From the NCBI GenBank assembly GCA_019894975.1, contig JAGXNO010000060.1, positions 1 to 17,079 on the forward strand: DNA of 17,079 bases, given 5' to 3'. The translations under genes and the position numbers were made by a program. Source of the DNA: Promethearchaeota archaeon. Lineage in GTDB: Archaea; Asgardarchaeota; Lokiarchaeia; Sigyniarchaeales; SOKP01. This document shows, piece by piece, positions 16,671 through 17,079 of this stretch. Numbering within the stretch: position 1 is the first letter of the stretch; each line of letters begins with the position of its first letter. The notes below the pieces were generated by a model. The model worked only from the letters and a program-made list of their open reading frames with translations, was not told the DNA's origin and searched no databases.

Positions 16671-17079
16671 TTGGTTAATTACACGAAAAAAGGACTGATT
16701 TTAGGTATCATTGGAGTAATTTTTGTAGGATTTCAACCTATTGTTGCCATCTCAAAACCTTCAATGTTAAACGCACATATTTCTGCGGCCATGACATGCT
16801 TAGTGGAAGCCATGATTTTCTTTCCTTTAATGTTAATTGAATTAAAAAAGATTAAAAAGGATAATCTTATTCATGAGGTTAATCCAAAATCGGTATTGAA
16901 AGGGTGGAAAAATAATATAGGACTATTAATATTCATTGGGTTTATTTTCGCTATTAATCAAATATTTTTCTTCATAGGATATGACATGGCCGGTGCAATA
17001 AATGGCTCCTTAACCCAAAAGACAACGGTTTTCTTCTCTATGATATTTGGATATTGGATACTTAAAGAAAAGATAACAA
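16671..17079 (+). CDS. EamA/DMT-family transporter, 3' end truncated by the window edge
   Basis: Not in the ORF track; translated by hand from TTG at 16671: MVNYTKKGLILGIIGVIFVGFQPIVA...FFFIGYDMAGAINGSLTQKTTVFFSMIFGYWILKEKIT. Hydrophobic helices ending in the typical 'ILKEKIT' of an EamA repeat. Confidence 0.85.
   Translation, partial: MVNYTKKGLILGIIGVIFVGFQPIVAISKPSMLNAHISAAMTCLVEAMIFFPLMLIELKKIKKDNLIHEVNPKSVLKGWKNNIGLLIFIGFIFAINQIFFFIGYDMAGAINGSLTQKTTVFFSMIFGYWILKEKIT

Noticed and set aside
16594-16698. 34-codon ORF overlapping the EamA start, with A8 and T8 runs (leader peptide or slippage)
   Set aside because: No supporting motif, the EamA N-terminus is complete from TTG 16671, and such ORFs arise by chance in AT-rich DNA.
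1-17079. CRISPR arrays, tRNA/rRNA genes, riboswitches
   Set aside because: Intergenic regions are short and AT-rich; no spaced repeats or GC-rich structured segments were seen by eye.

Overview
AT-rich archaeal chromosome segment, most likely from an Asgard archaeon (Lokiarchaeia-like), judged mainly from an Asgard-type profilin. In order it contains: partial pyrF; profilin; hisS; a three-gene operon of corrinoid protein, stand-alone homocysteine methyltransferase and non-pyrrolysine MttB-family methyltransferase; a class I SAM methyltransferase; a delta-alpha-beta-gamma 2-oxoacid:ferredoxin oxidoreductase operon ending in a FrhB-PyrK fusion; an ABC ATPase/permease pair; dppB with a disrupted dppC; and a partial EamA transporter. 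The best candidates for undescribed systems are (1) a possible folate-independent, B12-dependent betaine/methylamine-to-methionine methyl relay and (2) the OFOR-linked FrhB-PyrK fusion as a ferredoxin/F420/NAD(P) electron hub. The dppC carries a nonsense codon and a ~127-128 bp inverted insert that reads as a small-GTPase fragment (NKQD motif). All family calls come from motif recognition; no database search was run.
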